Assembly: GCA_964016885.1 (NCBI GenBank)
Contig: OZ024742.1
Location: 97,712,001 to 97,776,000 of the forward strand
From: Eledone cirrhosa
Taxonomy: Eukaryota
Direction: 5' to 3'
Length of the DNA: 64,000 bases
The translations under genes were made by a program, and so were the position numbers. This document shows, piece by piece, positions 1 to 19,368 of this stretch. The first letter of the stretch is position 1; each line of letters opens with the position of its first letter. The notes beneath the pieces are model-generated. The model did no database searches. It had not been told where the DNA came from and worked only from the letters and a program-made list of their open reading frames with translations.

Positions 1-1246
<1,246 letters not shown>

Positions 1247-1470
1247 AGGAAGACGATCGACTTTTTTGTCAAATCGGACCGAGGGAACAATGTTTCCGTT
1301 GGTCTTTCCAATTGCTAATACTATCTATCGGTCGCAACTCCAGGTAGAAGGAGCAACGTGAAATAAAGTGTCTTGCTCAAGGACATAACGCATCGCCTGG
1401 TCCAGGAATCGAACTCACAACCTTACGATTGCGAATACAATTCTCTAACCACTCAGCCACACGCCTTCAC
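1247..1470 (-). mobile_element. tRNA-derived CORE-type SINE
   Basis: Minus strand reads GGCGTGTGGCTGAGTGG (A box), GAGTTCGATTCC (B box), then TGTCCTTGAGCAAGACACTTTA (CORE-like); related copy at 46107. Confidence 0.8.
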
Positions 1471-1475
1471 ACAAA

Positions 1476-1810
<335 letters not shown>

Positions 1811-3300
1811 GTTATACTTGGGGAGAGTCATATTTGTGTAATATTGCCAGAATTAATAACCGAACACACTCACTGTTTGGTTGGTTTTTGCTTCTCGCTT
1901 CTGTGTCTTTTATATAGGTAATCTAATATTCTCGGTCCTCAATGTTGCCATTGACTGACCGGCGGTCAAAAATAATACAGATACAATATAGACATAAACA
2001 CATATATATAGTTTATCATAAATCTTTCGTTGCACATCTGCAACATCGTCAGTTATGCTATATTTTCCTCCTGTTGTATTGTATGTCTACGCCATTTTTA
2101 TTCAGTCTGTCTATATATTTATTTATTTATTTGCTTGTTTGTTTATTTTATTTTGTCTTCTTTGCGCATGCGTTTGCGTGTGTGTATAGTGTTTTGTTTG
2201 CTGTGTGATGGGTGACTAGTGTGTGTTTATGTGCTTGTTGTTATTGTGCTTGTGTATGTATTTATTTATTTATTTATTTATTTTATTTTATTTACTTATT
2301 TATACTTCTCTTAGGTCAGTGTTGTTTATTTGGGTTTTGTTGTTATTCCATTCATTCTTTCTGTTTAGCCTTGGTCTTCTAATTTCTATTTCACTGGCCT
2401 CTCTGATTTGCCTATCTGCTGGGTCATTTCTATGTTTAGATATTATTCTAATTTCTATGTTGTTTATGTTACCGTCATGTTGTTGACTAGCATGTTCGTA
2501 TCGTACTGACCCGTTTTTTTTGTCCTTTTAGTTCCCCCAGTGTTGGTCTATCCTTTCACCTATGCTACGAGCTGTCTCACCTATGTATGTTGTTGTCATG
2601 TTTCTGCAAGTACCCTCTGTACATTTTATGCTATAGACTACGTTTCTAGTTTTACAGTTTATCCGGGGGTTCACCTTACATATGATACATTTCCTATTGG
2701 TACAGTGGGTTTCTTAAAAGGGTAGGTTTTGCTGATCAGGGATTTTATGGTGGTTCCTGGCTTTTCTGCCACCTTTATTTTTAAGTGGGTCTTTCTCAGG
2801 GCCTTTCTACACTGGTTACCTAATTTCCCTCCAGGGGTAGCGTCCACAAACATGACACTCTGGTATCTCTGGTTGTCGTACCATGAGGTGGCTTTCCCTA
2901 TCTTATGTCTAGCCCTATCTAAGCTATTCCATGATTTGCTCCTGTATAATGGGCAAATTCCTTTCATGTCCAGTTCTATGAGGGTCTTATACTTCTCCAT
3001 GGCTCCTTCGTATACTCTGATTCTGTCTCTTTGATTGTAGCCAGAGAGCTGCATGCGGTTGATGAAGTGTTGGATGTGTCTTTCCATTTCTGTTGGGTCG
3101 CACATGCGGGACACATTCTTCATCACTCGTACCAAATCTGTGATCAGAATATTAAACTTAGCACTACTCGGCATTGCTGAGTTTTTGAGTATCAGGTATT
3201 TGGAGGCCATGGGTTTAGCATAGTGTGAGTGGAGAATTTGGGCTCTCTCGTCCATAGTGTTAATCCAGAGTTCTGTGTCTAATACAGGTAGTCTCTTGTT
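1811..3300 (-). mobile_element. Penelope-like element 3' part (RT thumb + GIY-YIG endonuclease, frameshifted) with 3' tail
   Basis: ORF 3255-2671 (HYAKPMASK..SAMP..RMQLSGY); after a frameshift the minus strand reads CIICK..CKTRNVVYSIKC..YIGETARSIGERIDQH; same family as 43655-44815. Confidence 0.88.
2017..2057 (-). ncRNA. Type I hammerhead ribozyme remnant (stem III collapsed)
   Basis: CAUAA CUGACGA U GUUGCA-GAUG-UGCAAC GAAA GAU UUAUG; stems I and II pair perfectly. Confidence 0.7.
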
Positions 3301-3315
3301 ATATGTATATATATA

Positions 3316-3950
3316 TAAACAATTAAATTAAAAATGTACATCTACATATGCATACTGAAATACTAGTGTGTATATGAATACACACACGTATACATATGTA
3401 GGTGTAACAAGTCTTTCACTGGTTGCTTTACTGTGAGCAACCCAGCTATTCTGTATGTAAACACACAGACAAACCGGTTTTTAGAGTCATACTGGTTTTC
3501 GGGGGAACACCTTCCCTCTATTCTCCAGAAAGCCAGACAAGGAATATTGAACTAGTTTCGTTGTTGTTACAACTCATCAGCAATATTTACCTATCTACCG
3601 GCCCTTCTGGAGAATTGTAAAAGCACATATCGTTATATGCTTTTTCTATGAAAATTAGTAGTGGGCAGACTAATTTGCATAGAGTATGAGTACGCACCAG
3701 TTCAGCGGAGACGATAAAAACAAATAACGAAACGAAATTAAATTTCGTTTCGTTTGTAACTCACTTTTGTATGACTGACGCTTAAACAATTAAGTTAAAA
3801 ATGTACATCCACATATGCATACTGAAATACTAGTGTGTATATGAATACACACACGTATACATATGTAGGTGTAACAAGTCTTTCACTGGTTGCTTTACTG
3901 TGAGCAACCCAGCTATTCTGTATGTAAACACACAGACAAACCGGTTTTTA
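3316..3950 (-). mobile_element. Non-coding terminally redundant element (467-bp unit + 168-bp direct repeat) with internal HHR; retrozyme-like
   Basis: 3316-3483 is repeated at 3783-3950 with 2 mismatches; TA repeats on both sides. Confidence 0.75.
3543..3587 (-). ncRNA. Minimal type I hammerhead ribozyme
   Basis: AAUAUUG CUGAUGA GUUGU-AACA-ACAAC GAAA CUAG UU CAAUAUU: 7-bp stem I, intact core, palindromic ACUAGU stem III, GUU site. Confidence 0.9.
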
Positions 3951-6696
<2,746 letters not shown>

Positions 6697-6737
6697 TAAG
6701 AGGGTGTTAAAGTTTGCTTGAAGCATTGTGAAATGTG

Positions 6738-7198
6738 TAAAATACGTATTTAAGAAAGCCACAACAATGCAGAGGGAAATCTCGAGGTAGGAAGTGAAAG
6801 ATAGATAGGAAAAACAGGGGAAAGTGAAAATTGAGAGAGACAAAGATGAAAACAAAACAAAGGTAGAAGGTTACCGTAGTAGAGATTTAATCCCAATATT
6901 TCGGGCTCACGCCATCAACGGGGGAAAGTTTCATAACGGCATTCCTGTCTTAACGACATCACAACTTTCTCCGCTTGGCCTGTTCCCCCCCCCCCCCCTT
7001 TGGAACTCTCCCCCGTTGATGGGCGTGAGCCCGAAATATTGGGATTAAATCTCTACTACGGTAACCCTTCTACCTTTGTTTTGTTTTCATCTTTGTCTCT
7101 CTCAATTTTCACTTTCACCTGTTTTTCCTATCTATCTTTCACTTCCTACCTCGAGATTTCCCTCTGCATTGTTGTGGCTTTCTTAAATACGTATTTTA
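6738..7198. repeat. ~195-bp inverted repeat with ~67-bp spacer
   Basis: 6738-6933 is the near-perfect reverse complement of 7001-7198. Confidence 0.93.
7009..7044 (+). ncRNA. Atypical minimal hammerhead-like motif
   Basis: UCCC CCGUUGA U GGGC-GUGA-GCCC GAAA UA UU GGGA; the core has 2 substitutions relative to CUGAUGA. Confidence 0.45.
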
Positions 7199-9350
<2,152 letters not shown>

Positions 9351-10703
9351 CCCTGACCCCACCCTGTCCCGCACATGCTGCCCCGCTGGCGAATAGGGTG
9401 CTCTTGAGTAACCCCGGCCCCATTGATGCCTCGGCTCCCCAATTGCCGATGGGGACTCTGGGGAGGAACAGTCGACCCTGTGTCCCACTTGCCAACTTGG
9501 GATTGGTGGCAGCATTGTTGCTGGGCGCCCTGGGGCAGCTGATGCCTGCGGTGTGGGACATTGCGAGTGCCTGGACCCACGTTGACTGGTCTGAGGAGGT
9601 GCCGTCGGAGATACATATCAACAAATTCGAGAATTTGCCCAAGGGAACAGTAGCAGAACACCCAATATGGCGGCCGCTCCCTGCCTATAACCAATCAACC
9701 CCTCCCTCCTCTAGTAAACCCCCGCCCAAATAGATGCCCATCCCCATTCTCTCCCATTCATTTCTTTTGAGTTAGTTCTTTATTAATAGTGGGTTTTTTT
9801 TCGTTAGTTCTTTATTAATAGGGATTTTTTTGTATATTACCACGGTTGACATAATGGGCTTGGAGAGTTGACTCCCTTGATGTCTGACCACTCGATAAGT
9901 TAGGGGTTGTGCCCCTTGAACAGGGGTGTGTCTTGCTGGTCTACCTGCTGTCTGCTACTACCCGAGACTGGACATGGTCGTAGCCACAGGCCAGCGCGTG
10001 CGCGATAGCATGGAATATGTATTTTCTGTTAGTCACCCCGTGTAATATGATACCCCAAGATTCCATGCACGAGATTCACCGAAGCATGCGCAGACTTAAC
10101 CGGGAGATGACATGCGAATTTGAAAATACCACAAGAGAGACCCTTTGGATAGCGTAGACGCCGGACCATACCCGCAAATATATACCCTGATATGTCTTGA
10201 ATATGCATGACTGACTGGATATAGAAGCAACATGGATAACACGACCACCATCTAAGCTAGAACCGACCCCTACAACAAACAAAGAGGGGACAGCCCTTAG
10301 CATTTGACCAGTCGCGCGTGAGCTTGGAATTGGTGAGAGGAGGGGATAATAGCAAGAGACGCAATATACCACCCCAGTCAAGTCCATACTGGACTTTTTT
10401 ACCAATATATCATGTACACCAATACATCCTATACAGCAAAACCTTGGATTTAGAACCGGCAGGCTGATCTATCGCAAACGCGTGCAATCCCCGAAACTAA
10501 AAGATCGAACGGACCACACCCTGCGACCACTAGCTATTTGATCCACAGGTAAATTTCCCAGAGAGTCCACACAGCTGATAGTGAATCCCAGTTGATTCGT
10601 GAACTCGGAACTTTTAAACAAGACCAACTGTGCCTGGAGCTATGCAGATGACTGCATGCGTACAATGGATATCGCACCCACAAGGTCACCTGTATTGTTC
10701 ATC

Positions 10704-10957
10704 TTGCTGTATGTGTGTAAAGTATCCGTGCGTGGGATATCCCTGAGTAAATTTACTTGACTGTTAATTGTTTATTGATTGTTTGTTAATTAGGCAGGAA
10801 TATAGCATTATGTCTTTGTTAATCCTATGTGTTGCTGTATGTGTGTAAAGTATCCGAGCGTGGGATATCCCTGAGTAAATTTTGCTTGACTGTTAATTGT
10901 TTATTGATTGTTTGTTAATTAGGCAGGAATATATTATTATGTCTTTGTTAATCCTAT
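10704..10957. repeat. 2x ~128-bp tandem duplication
   Basis: TTGCTGTATGTGTGTAAAGTATCCG... starts at 10704 and again at 10832. Confidence 0.92.
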
Positions 10958-12141
10958 ATTAATAATTTTTTGATAATACATTATTAGATTACTGAAGCTC
11001 CCTTATACCTTCTTAAAAATACATTTTATAATTATTGTCTTTTTGCTTATATATTTTCTTACTTATCATTTTCTTTAATCTTGCCCAACTTGATAAGCTC
11101 TTTGAATTGCTCCTTAATTAGATTACTTAAATTACTTAAATTACTTTATCTATTATACCTAAGTTGTATCTGTTGAAGAAGCCCTTTGAAAGTTCCTCGG
11201 ATCTCCCAAATCCCGTAATTTTTTACTTTTAATTTGTAATTTTCCTCAATTCATTTATATATATCTTTAAAGGCTCTCTAAAATTTTAATTCTTTGAAGG
11301 GTCTATCGGAAGAGGTTCTTATTAAAAATATTAAAGGGGCCTTTTCTGAGGGATTTTTTGAAGGCTTTTTGAATTAACCTTTAATTGATTAATTTCTTTC
11401 AACTATTTATTTCTTAATTTTTAAAATTAAATTTAATGTTCAACCCCTTAATCGTTAATTTTTAATCATGGATATATAAGATTGCTTAATCTTAAATTCA
11501 TTAAATTTTTTAATTTCTGGGTTTGGAACTCTTAAAACTCAAATCCTAACTTAAATCTTAATATTCATATTATGGACTCCCTAAATCATTAACTTTATTA
11601 ACCTGTTAAATCTTATTGAAAGTTCTTTTCCCTAATTTTTAATTTTTAATTTCTGAGTTTAGAACTTTAGTAGGGATTATCAAATCTTCGTAAATTTTCT
11701 GAAATTTTTTAACGAGATGTCTTAGAAAAATTTTTATTTCTTTTGAAGGAATTTTTTTTAGGAAACTTTATATTTTTATATTTTTATTTTTTTATTCTCT
11801 TAATCTCTTCTGGTTTGTTAGGTTTATTGGGGCTTATAAGCTTTATGCGCTTATTGAGGGATTTTTTAAGGTGCTTTTACGAGATCCCAAGTCTTTTACT
11901 TTTAATGCGTAACTTATAAATTCTTTAATTTTTAACCTTCAATCCCTAACTCTTAGGCCCTTTTCAAATTCTCTTAACTCCCTATAACCCATCCCTTTTA
12001 CAACTCCTACAACTAATATAAAAGAGCCCCCTTAGAATATAGACCCCAAATATACAAGCGGAGCTGTTGATGTATAACACGATTTCAAACTGCTAATCTT
12101 GAGTGAAACATTGATGTAAATAATGAACTTACAATCACCTG

Positions 12142-12197
12142 TTATATGCCTTGAAAAGTCCCACCATATGGTCGGACGAAACGGCTGTCGGCAATAA
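12142..12197 (+). ncRNA. Type I hammerhead ribozyme, U3-A8 core variant
   Basis: UUAU-A-UGCC UUGAAAA GUCC-cACCauauGGUc-GGAC GAAA CGGCUG UC GGCA-AUAA; GUC site. Confidence 0.82.
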
Positions 12198-12239
12198 ACT
12201 TGTTATAATGTCATAATAGTTCCTTTGTTCTTTTTCATT

Positions 12240-12243
12240 AATA

Positions 12244-12307
<64 letters not shown>

Positions 12308-12493
12308 CATGTCTGTTTTTTATGTGTGTGTATATATATATATATGTATGTGTATGTATGTGTATGTATATATATATATGTGTACGTGTGTGTATGTGGA
12401 TATGTATATATATATATATATATATATACATGTGGGTGTTTGTATGTATATTTATGGTGGTATGAGTGTGGGGATATATATATACGTTTGTAT

Positions 12494-12527
<34 letters not shown>

Positions 12528-12548
12528 GAGTCTATGTGTGTGTGTATA

Positions 12549-12595
<47 letters not shown>

Positions 12596-12790
12596 ATGTG
12601 TGTATGTGTTGCGCGTGAGTGTGTGTGTATTTATATCTTTTTATATGTGTATGTGTATGTTCGTGTAAATGTATGTGTGTGTATGACAGTATAGTTATGT
12701 GTGTATGTATGTATGTGTAGATATCTCTATGTGCGCGTACATGTATGTATGTGTATGTATATCTGTATGTGTATGTACATTTATTATATT
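12240..12790. repeat. Mixed (TA)n/(TG)n low-complexity tract
   Basis: Alternating purine-pyrimidine sequence. Confidence 0.9.
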
Positions 12791-13354
12791 TTATTGTTTT
12801 TATTTTTTTATTTTTCTTAATTTATAGATACATTTATATTAGGCTGTCTGGTCTGACAATCTAATACTGACCCCTCCCCCCCCCCTCCCACCTAATTTCT
12901 GTATCTTGATCTTGAAATGTGTGTACCAGTGTTTTTATGTGAGTGACTTAATTTCTATTTGCTTATGATTTTATATCCACATATATAAATGTGAGTGGGG
13001 GAGTGTGTGTGTTTGTATGTTCGTGGTTATGTGTATATTTATGCATATACGCACATGTATGTGTGATTATACTGATATGTGTGAGTATGAAAAAAATATA
13101 TTTATATGCTTGACTCCATAAGTATCTTTGCGTATCTTATCAGCGCATTAAGCTTACAGAGATATTAACCTTGAAATTTTGTGTTTACATCCATCTTTTT
13201 AGTATACACATACAAATTATACACACATTATTGTAAAATATGTGTAAGGTTTTTGCATGTATATACACACACCAAACTGCTTTTAGCCCTTTGTATTTTC
13301 ATTGGTCAATTTTGAACTGATATTTTGAATTGTTGTTATTATCAATAAATATAC

Positions 13355-13509
13355 TTCATTATTTCTGAAGACGGCGTATATATGAGTTAGGTATGTATAT
13401 TTAATCTTGATAATTTGTATAATTTTGTATAATTTTGTACATAGATCTGTTAAATATGCATACCAATTATAACACATATATGCCCTAGAAACGATCGTTA
13501 AATAGTGAA
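13355..13509 (+). ncRNA. Type I hammerhead-like ribozyme with ~115-nt extended stem II
   Basis: UUCAUUAUUU CUGAAGA ... GAAA CGAUCG UU AAAUAGUGAA: 10-bp stem I, palindromic ACGAUCGU stem III; stem II helices GGCGUAUAU/AUAUAUGCC and GGUAUGUAUAUUUAA/UUAAAUAUGCAUACC. Confidence 0.72.
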
Positions 13510-13696
13510 CTTTTTTTGTTTAATATAAGGAATTGTTTGTTCATTATTTGTTTAATATTTTATCTTGACTCTGTATACCGTTTATCTTTCACCGAAAGTG
13601 GATTTTCATTACATCTCTTCTTTCCATGATATCCGGAATACATTGAGTTCTTCATACGGATTGGACACTACCGTAAACTCTTGGTAGTTTTATCTA

Positions 13697-13943
13697 CATA
13701 TATATATATGTATGTATATATATATATGTATGTATATATATATATGTATGTATGTATTTATATATATATATATATGTATGTATGTATATATATATATGTA
13801 TATATGTATGTATGTATGTATGTATATATATATGTATGTATGTATGTATATATATATATATGTATGTATGTATGTATGTATATATATATATGTATGTATG
13901 TATGTATATATATATATATGTATGTATATATATATATGTATGT

Positions 13944-13977
<34 letters not shown>

Positions 13978-14046
13978 GTATGTATGTATATATATATATA
14001 TATGTATGTATGTATATATATATATGTATGTATGTATGTATGTATA

Positions 14047-14082
<36 letters not shown>

Positions 14083-14104
14083 TATATATGTATGTATGTA
14101 TGTA

Positions 14105-14137
<33 letters not shown>

Positions 14138-14464
14138 ATATATATATACATATGTATGTATGTATGTATATATATGTATGTATGTATGTATGTATATATG
14201 TATGTATATATATATATATGTATGTATGTATATATATGTATGTATGTTTATATATATATGTATGTATGTATATATATATATGTATGTATGTATATATATA
14301 TGTATGTATATATATATGTATGTATGTATATATATATATGTATGTATGTATATATATATATATGTATGTATGTATATATATATATGTATGTATGTATATA
14401 TATATATGTATGTATGTATATATATATATGTATGTATGTATATATATATATGTATGTATGTATG

Positions 14465-14499
<35 letters not shown>

Positions 14500-14528
14500 G
14501 TATGTATATATATATGTATGTATATATA
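13697..14528. repeat. (TATG)n/(TA)n compound microsatellite
   Basis: Direct inspection. Confidence 0.98.
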
Positions 14529-14530
14529 AC

Positions 14531-14775
14531 ATGTATCCCAGTACAACCTGACCCATGGTCGGGTTGTTGGCGACTAAACTGGCAACCCCACCAAGGTTTC
14601 TTGGTGAGGAGGGTGACTTTGGACATCCTGCAGGACTAAAAACAAGACCTGTCAAAGGGCAAAGGAGCTCTTAAGAGTCAATGGCCATCCAAAATCACCG
14701 GGAGAGATGACCCTTTAGCCTTTGTCAAGGCAGAATTCTAGGAGAAGGAAAACTCTGATATAACACCTGCAACTC
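14531..14775 (+). mobile_element. RTE-type LINE 5' UTR fragment
   Basis: CTAGGAGAAGGAAAACTCTGA resembles RTE 5' UTR motifs (recalled, not searched); long hairpin at 14536-14573. Confidence 0.5.
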
Positions 14776-15335
14776 TGATGGTATCCAATGATGTTGACTT
14801 GTTCTTCTTTTTGGTAAATATCATCTTGGTTAAGAGAGTGGGACTGGCTTTGTGCAGTGCCTTTGCTCACTATAAAAGCTTCACGGCACAGGCATTGCTT
14901 TATATCTGGAGATCTCTCTGCACTTGTCGTCACAGGGTACCATGGGCCCAGCACTATGTGTCAATATTTGTCACAAGTGTAGTGTTTGTACCAGAGTTTT
15001 CAAGTTGCTGGTTGGACTAAAAAGTCACACTCGTTCAGCGCATCGGTAGGGGTTCTCCTATATGGATATAAAGTAGTGGCCGTACTCGAAAACGAGTTGG
15101 CAGCCACCATGTATATATATATATATGTATGTATGTATATATATGTATGTATGTATATATATATATGTATGTATGTATATATATGTATGTATGTATGTAT
15201 ATATATATATGTATGTATGTATATATATATATATGTATGTATGTATATATATATATATGTATGTATGTATATATATATATATGTATGTATGTATATATAT
15301 ATATATGTATGTATGTATGTATGTATATATATATG

Positions 15336-15366
<31 letters not shown>

Positions 15367-15383
15367 GTATGTATATATATATG

Positions 15384-15434
<51 letters not shown>

Positions 15435-15981
15435 GTATGTATATATATATGTATGTATGTATATATATATGTATGTATATATATATGTATGTATGTATAT
15501 ATATATGTATGTATGTATAGATATGTATGTATGTATGTATATATATGTATGTATGTATATATATATATGTATGTATGTACATATATATGTATGTATGTAT
15601 ATATATATGTATGTATTTATGTATGTATATATATATATATATATATGTATGTATATATATATATGTATGTATGTATATATATATATGTATGTATGTATGT
15701 ATATATATATATATATGTATGTATATATATATGTATGTATGTATGTATGTATATATATATATACATATGTATGTATGTATGTATATATATATATGTATGT
15801 ATGTATGTATATATATATGTATGTATGTATATATATATATGTATGTATGTATATATATATATGTATGTATGTATATATATATGTATGTATGTATATATAT
15901 ATATGTATGTATGTATATATATATATGTATGTATGTATATATATATATGTATGTATGTATATATATATGTATGTATGTATG

Positions 15982-16012
<31 letters not shown>

Positions 16013-16175
16013 GTATGTATATATATATGTATGTATATATATATGTATGTATGTATGTATATATATATGTATGTATGTATGTATATATATATGTATGTAT
16101 GTATAGATATGTATAGATATGTATGTATGTATATATATATATGTATGTATGTATATATATATGTATGTATTTATG

Positions 16176-16234
<59 letters not shown>

Positions 16235-16591
16235 GTATGTATATATATATATATATGTATGTATGTATATATATGTATGTATGTATATATATATATGTAT
16301 GTATGTATATATATATATGTATGTATGTATATATATATATGTATGTATGTATGTATATATATGTATGTATGTATGTATATATATATATGTATGTATGTAT
16401 GTATATATATATATGTATGTATGTATGTATATATATATATGTATGTATGTATATATATATATGTATGTATGTATGTATGTATATATATATATGTATGTAT
16501 GTATGTATGTATATGTATATATATATGTATGTATGTATGTATGTATATATGTATGTATGTATGTATATATATATGTATGTATGTATGTATG

Positions 16592-16681
<90 letters not shown>

Positions 16682-16800
16682 TATATATATATATATGTAT
16701 GTATGTATGTATGTATATAAATATATATATATGTATGTATGTATGTATGTATATAAATATATATGTATGTATGTATATATATATATATGTATGTATGTAT

Positions 16801-17650
16801 GTTTTCTCTTTCTCTTAATTTTGAGTATATTTTTTTGACCGGCCACCTTCCTGGTGGCAAGGTTGTAAAAGAAAAGAAATTGTCATCCTTTGAATCGCAA
16901 GAATGTTTTGCAAATTTTGAAGGTGCCAGCTATCGCAGCCATTTGTAGACTATGAATTAGGGAGCTGCGCTTTTTGTCCGCAAATCCAAGTTCGGTCATA
17001 CTTTGGTCCAAGCGGGTTGGTATATAACCCGTAGCACCAATAATGATGGGTATGAAGCTAAAGGTGTATCTTGGATACTGGATTTGTAAACTCCTCATCA
17101 ATGGTCCGTAGATGTCCTCCTTCTCCTCTATTTTTCTGACAACGTTTACATCAAGTGGGCAGCTGATCTCCACAATAGAACACGTTTTCAATGTGTGGTC
17201 CCAAACTACAATATCAGGCCGGTTGTGCTTTAATTTGGTGGCAGTTTTTATTTTCAGGTTCCACCAGTATTCCTTAGTGCCATCTGTCTCAATATATTCT
17301 TCCTCGTTTGTTGTTAATTTTGTTTTCCGAAGTGCGTTCCAGATGGTTCTAGCCATCCCATCGTGTCTCATGGGGAGGTAGTAGCGAGATGACATTCTTT
17401 CGCAGTTGGCAACAATGTGGTTTACATCCTCGATCTTTGTTTTACATAGCCTACATTTATTGGCAGCTGCTGGCCCTCCTCTTTTGTGCAGCAGATATTT
17501 GGTAGGGAGTTCTTGTTCCTGTATTGCATAGAGATATCCCTCAAGGTGTGATGTCATAAACTTGTCGGAACTCCATGCCAGGCTTTTTGAGTGGTTTATC
17601 CCCTCTATGGTCTGTGTTTTACGCCTCAAGTATCCATGCACAACTTTTTC
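16801..17650 (-). mobile_element. Dong/R4 non-LTR retrotransposon 3' fragment (CCHC knuckle + RLE endonuclease), copy 1
   Basis: ORF 17641-16883: [40 protein letters not shown]; 3' UTR hairpin GCCACC-AGGAA-GGTGGC. Confidence 0.9.
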
Positions 17651-17665
17651 TGTGTATGTATATAA

Positions 17666-17700
<35 letters not shown>

Positions 17701-18020
17701 TGTATATATATATATGTATGTATGTATGTATGTATATATATATGTATGTATGTATGTATGTATATATATATATGTATGTATGTATATATATATATGTATG
17801 TATGTATGTATGTATATATATGTATGTATGTATATATATATATGTATCTATGTATGTATGTATATATATATGTATGTATGTATGTATATATATATGTATG
17901 TCTGTATGTATATATATATGTATGTATGTATATATATATATATGTATGTATGTATATATATATATATGTATGTATGTATATATATATATATGTATGTATG
18001 TATGTATGTATATATATATG

Positions 18021-18051
<31 letters not shown>

Positions 18052-18068
18052 GTATGTATATATATATG

Positions 18069-18119
<51 letters not shown>

Positions 18120-18666
18120 GTATGTATATATATATGTATGTATGTATATATATATGTATGTATATATATATGTATGTATGTATATATATATGTATGTATG
18201 TATAGATATGTATGTATGTATGTATATATATGTATGTATGTATATATATATATGTATGTATGTACATATATATGTATGTATGTATATATATATGTATGTA
18301 TTTATGTATGTATATATATATATATATATATGTATGTATATATATATATGTATGTATGTATATATATATATGTATGTATGTATGTATATATATATATATA
18401 TGTATGTATATATATATGTATGTATGTATGTATGTATATATATATATACATATGTATGTATGTATGTATATATATATATGTATGTATGTATGTATATATA
18501 TATGTATGTATGTATATATATATATGTATGTATGTATATATATATATGTATGTATGTATATATATATGTATGTATGTATATATATATATGTATGTATGTA
18601 TATATATATATGTATGTATGTATATATATATATGTATGTATGTATATATATATGTATGTATGTATG

Positions 18667-18697
<31 letters not shown>

Positions 18698-18860
18698 GTA
18701 TGTATATATATATGTATGTATATATATATGTATGTATGTATGTATATATATATGTATGTATGTATGTATATATATATGTATGTATGTATAGATATGTATA
18801 GATATGTATGTATGTATATATATATATGTATGTATGTATATATATATGTATGTATTTATG

Positions 18861-18925
<65 letters not shown>

Positions 18926-19278
18926 GTATGTATATATATATATATATGTATGTATGTATATATATGTATGTATGTATATATATATATGTATGTATGTATA
19001 TATATATATGTATGTATGTATATATATATATGTATGTATGTATGTATATATATGTATGTATGTATGTATATATATATATGTATGTATGTATGTATATATA
19101 TATATGTATGTATGTATATATATATATGTATGTATGTATATATATATATGTATGTATGTATGTATGTATATATATATATGTATGTATGTATGTATGTATA
19201 TGTATATATATATGTATGTATGTATGTATGTATATATGTATGTATGTATGTATATATATATGTATGTATGTATGTATG

Positions 19279-19368
<90 letters not shown>

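Noticed and set aside
1390-1470. tRNA gene
   Set aside because: A and B boxes run directly into a CORE-like domain with no acceptor stem closure; this is a SINE head.
14775-15108. Possible retroelement coding remnant on the minus strand
   Set aside because: No diagnostic motif recognisable in any frame.
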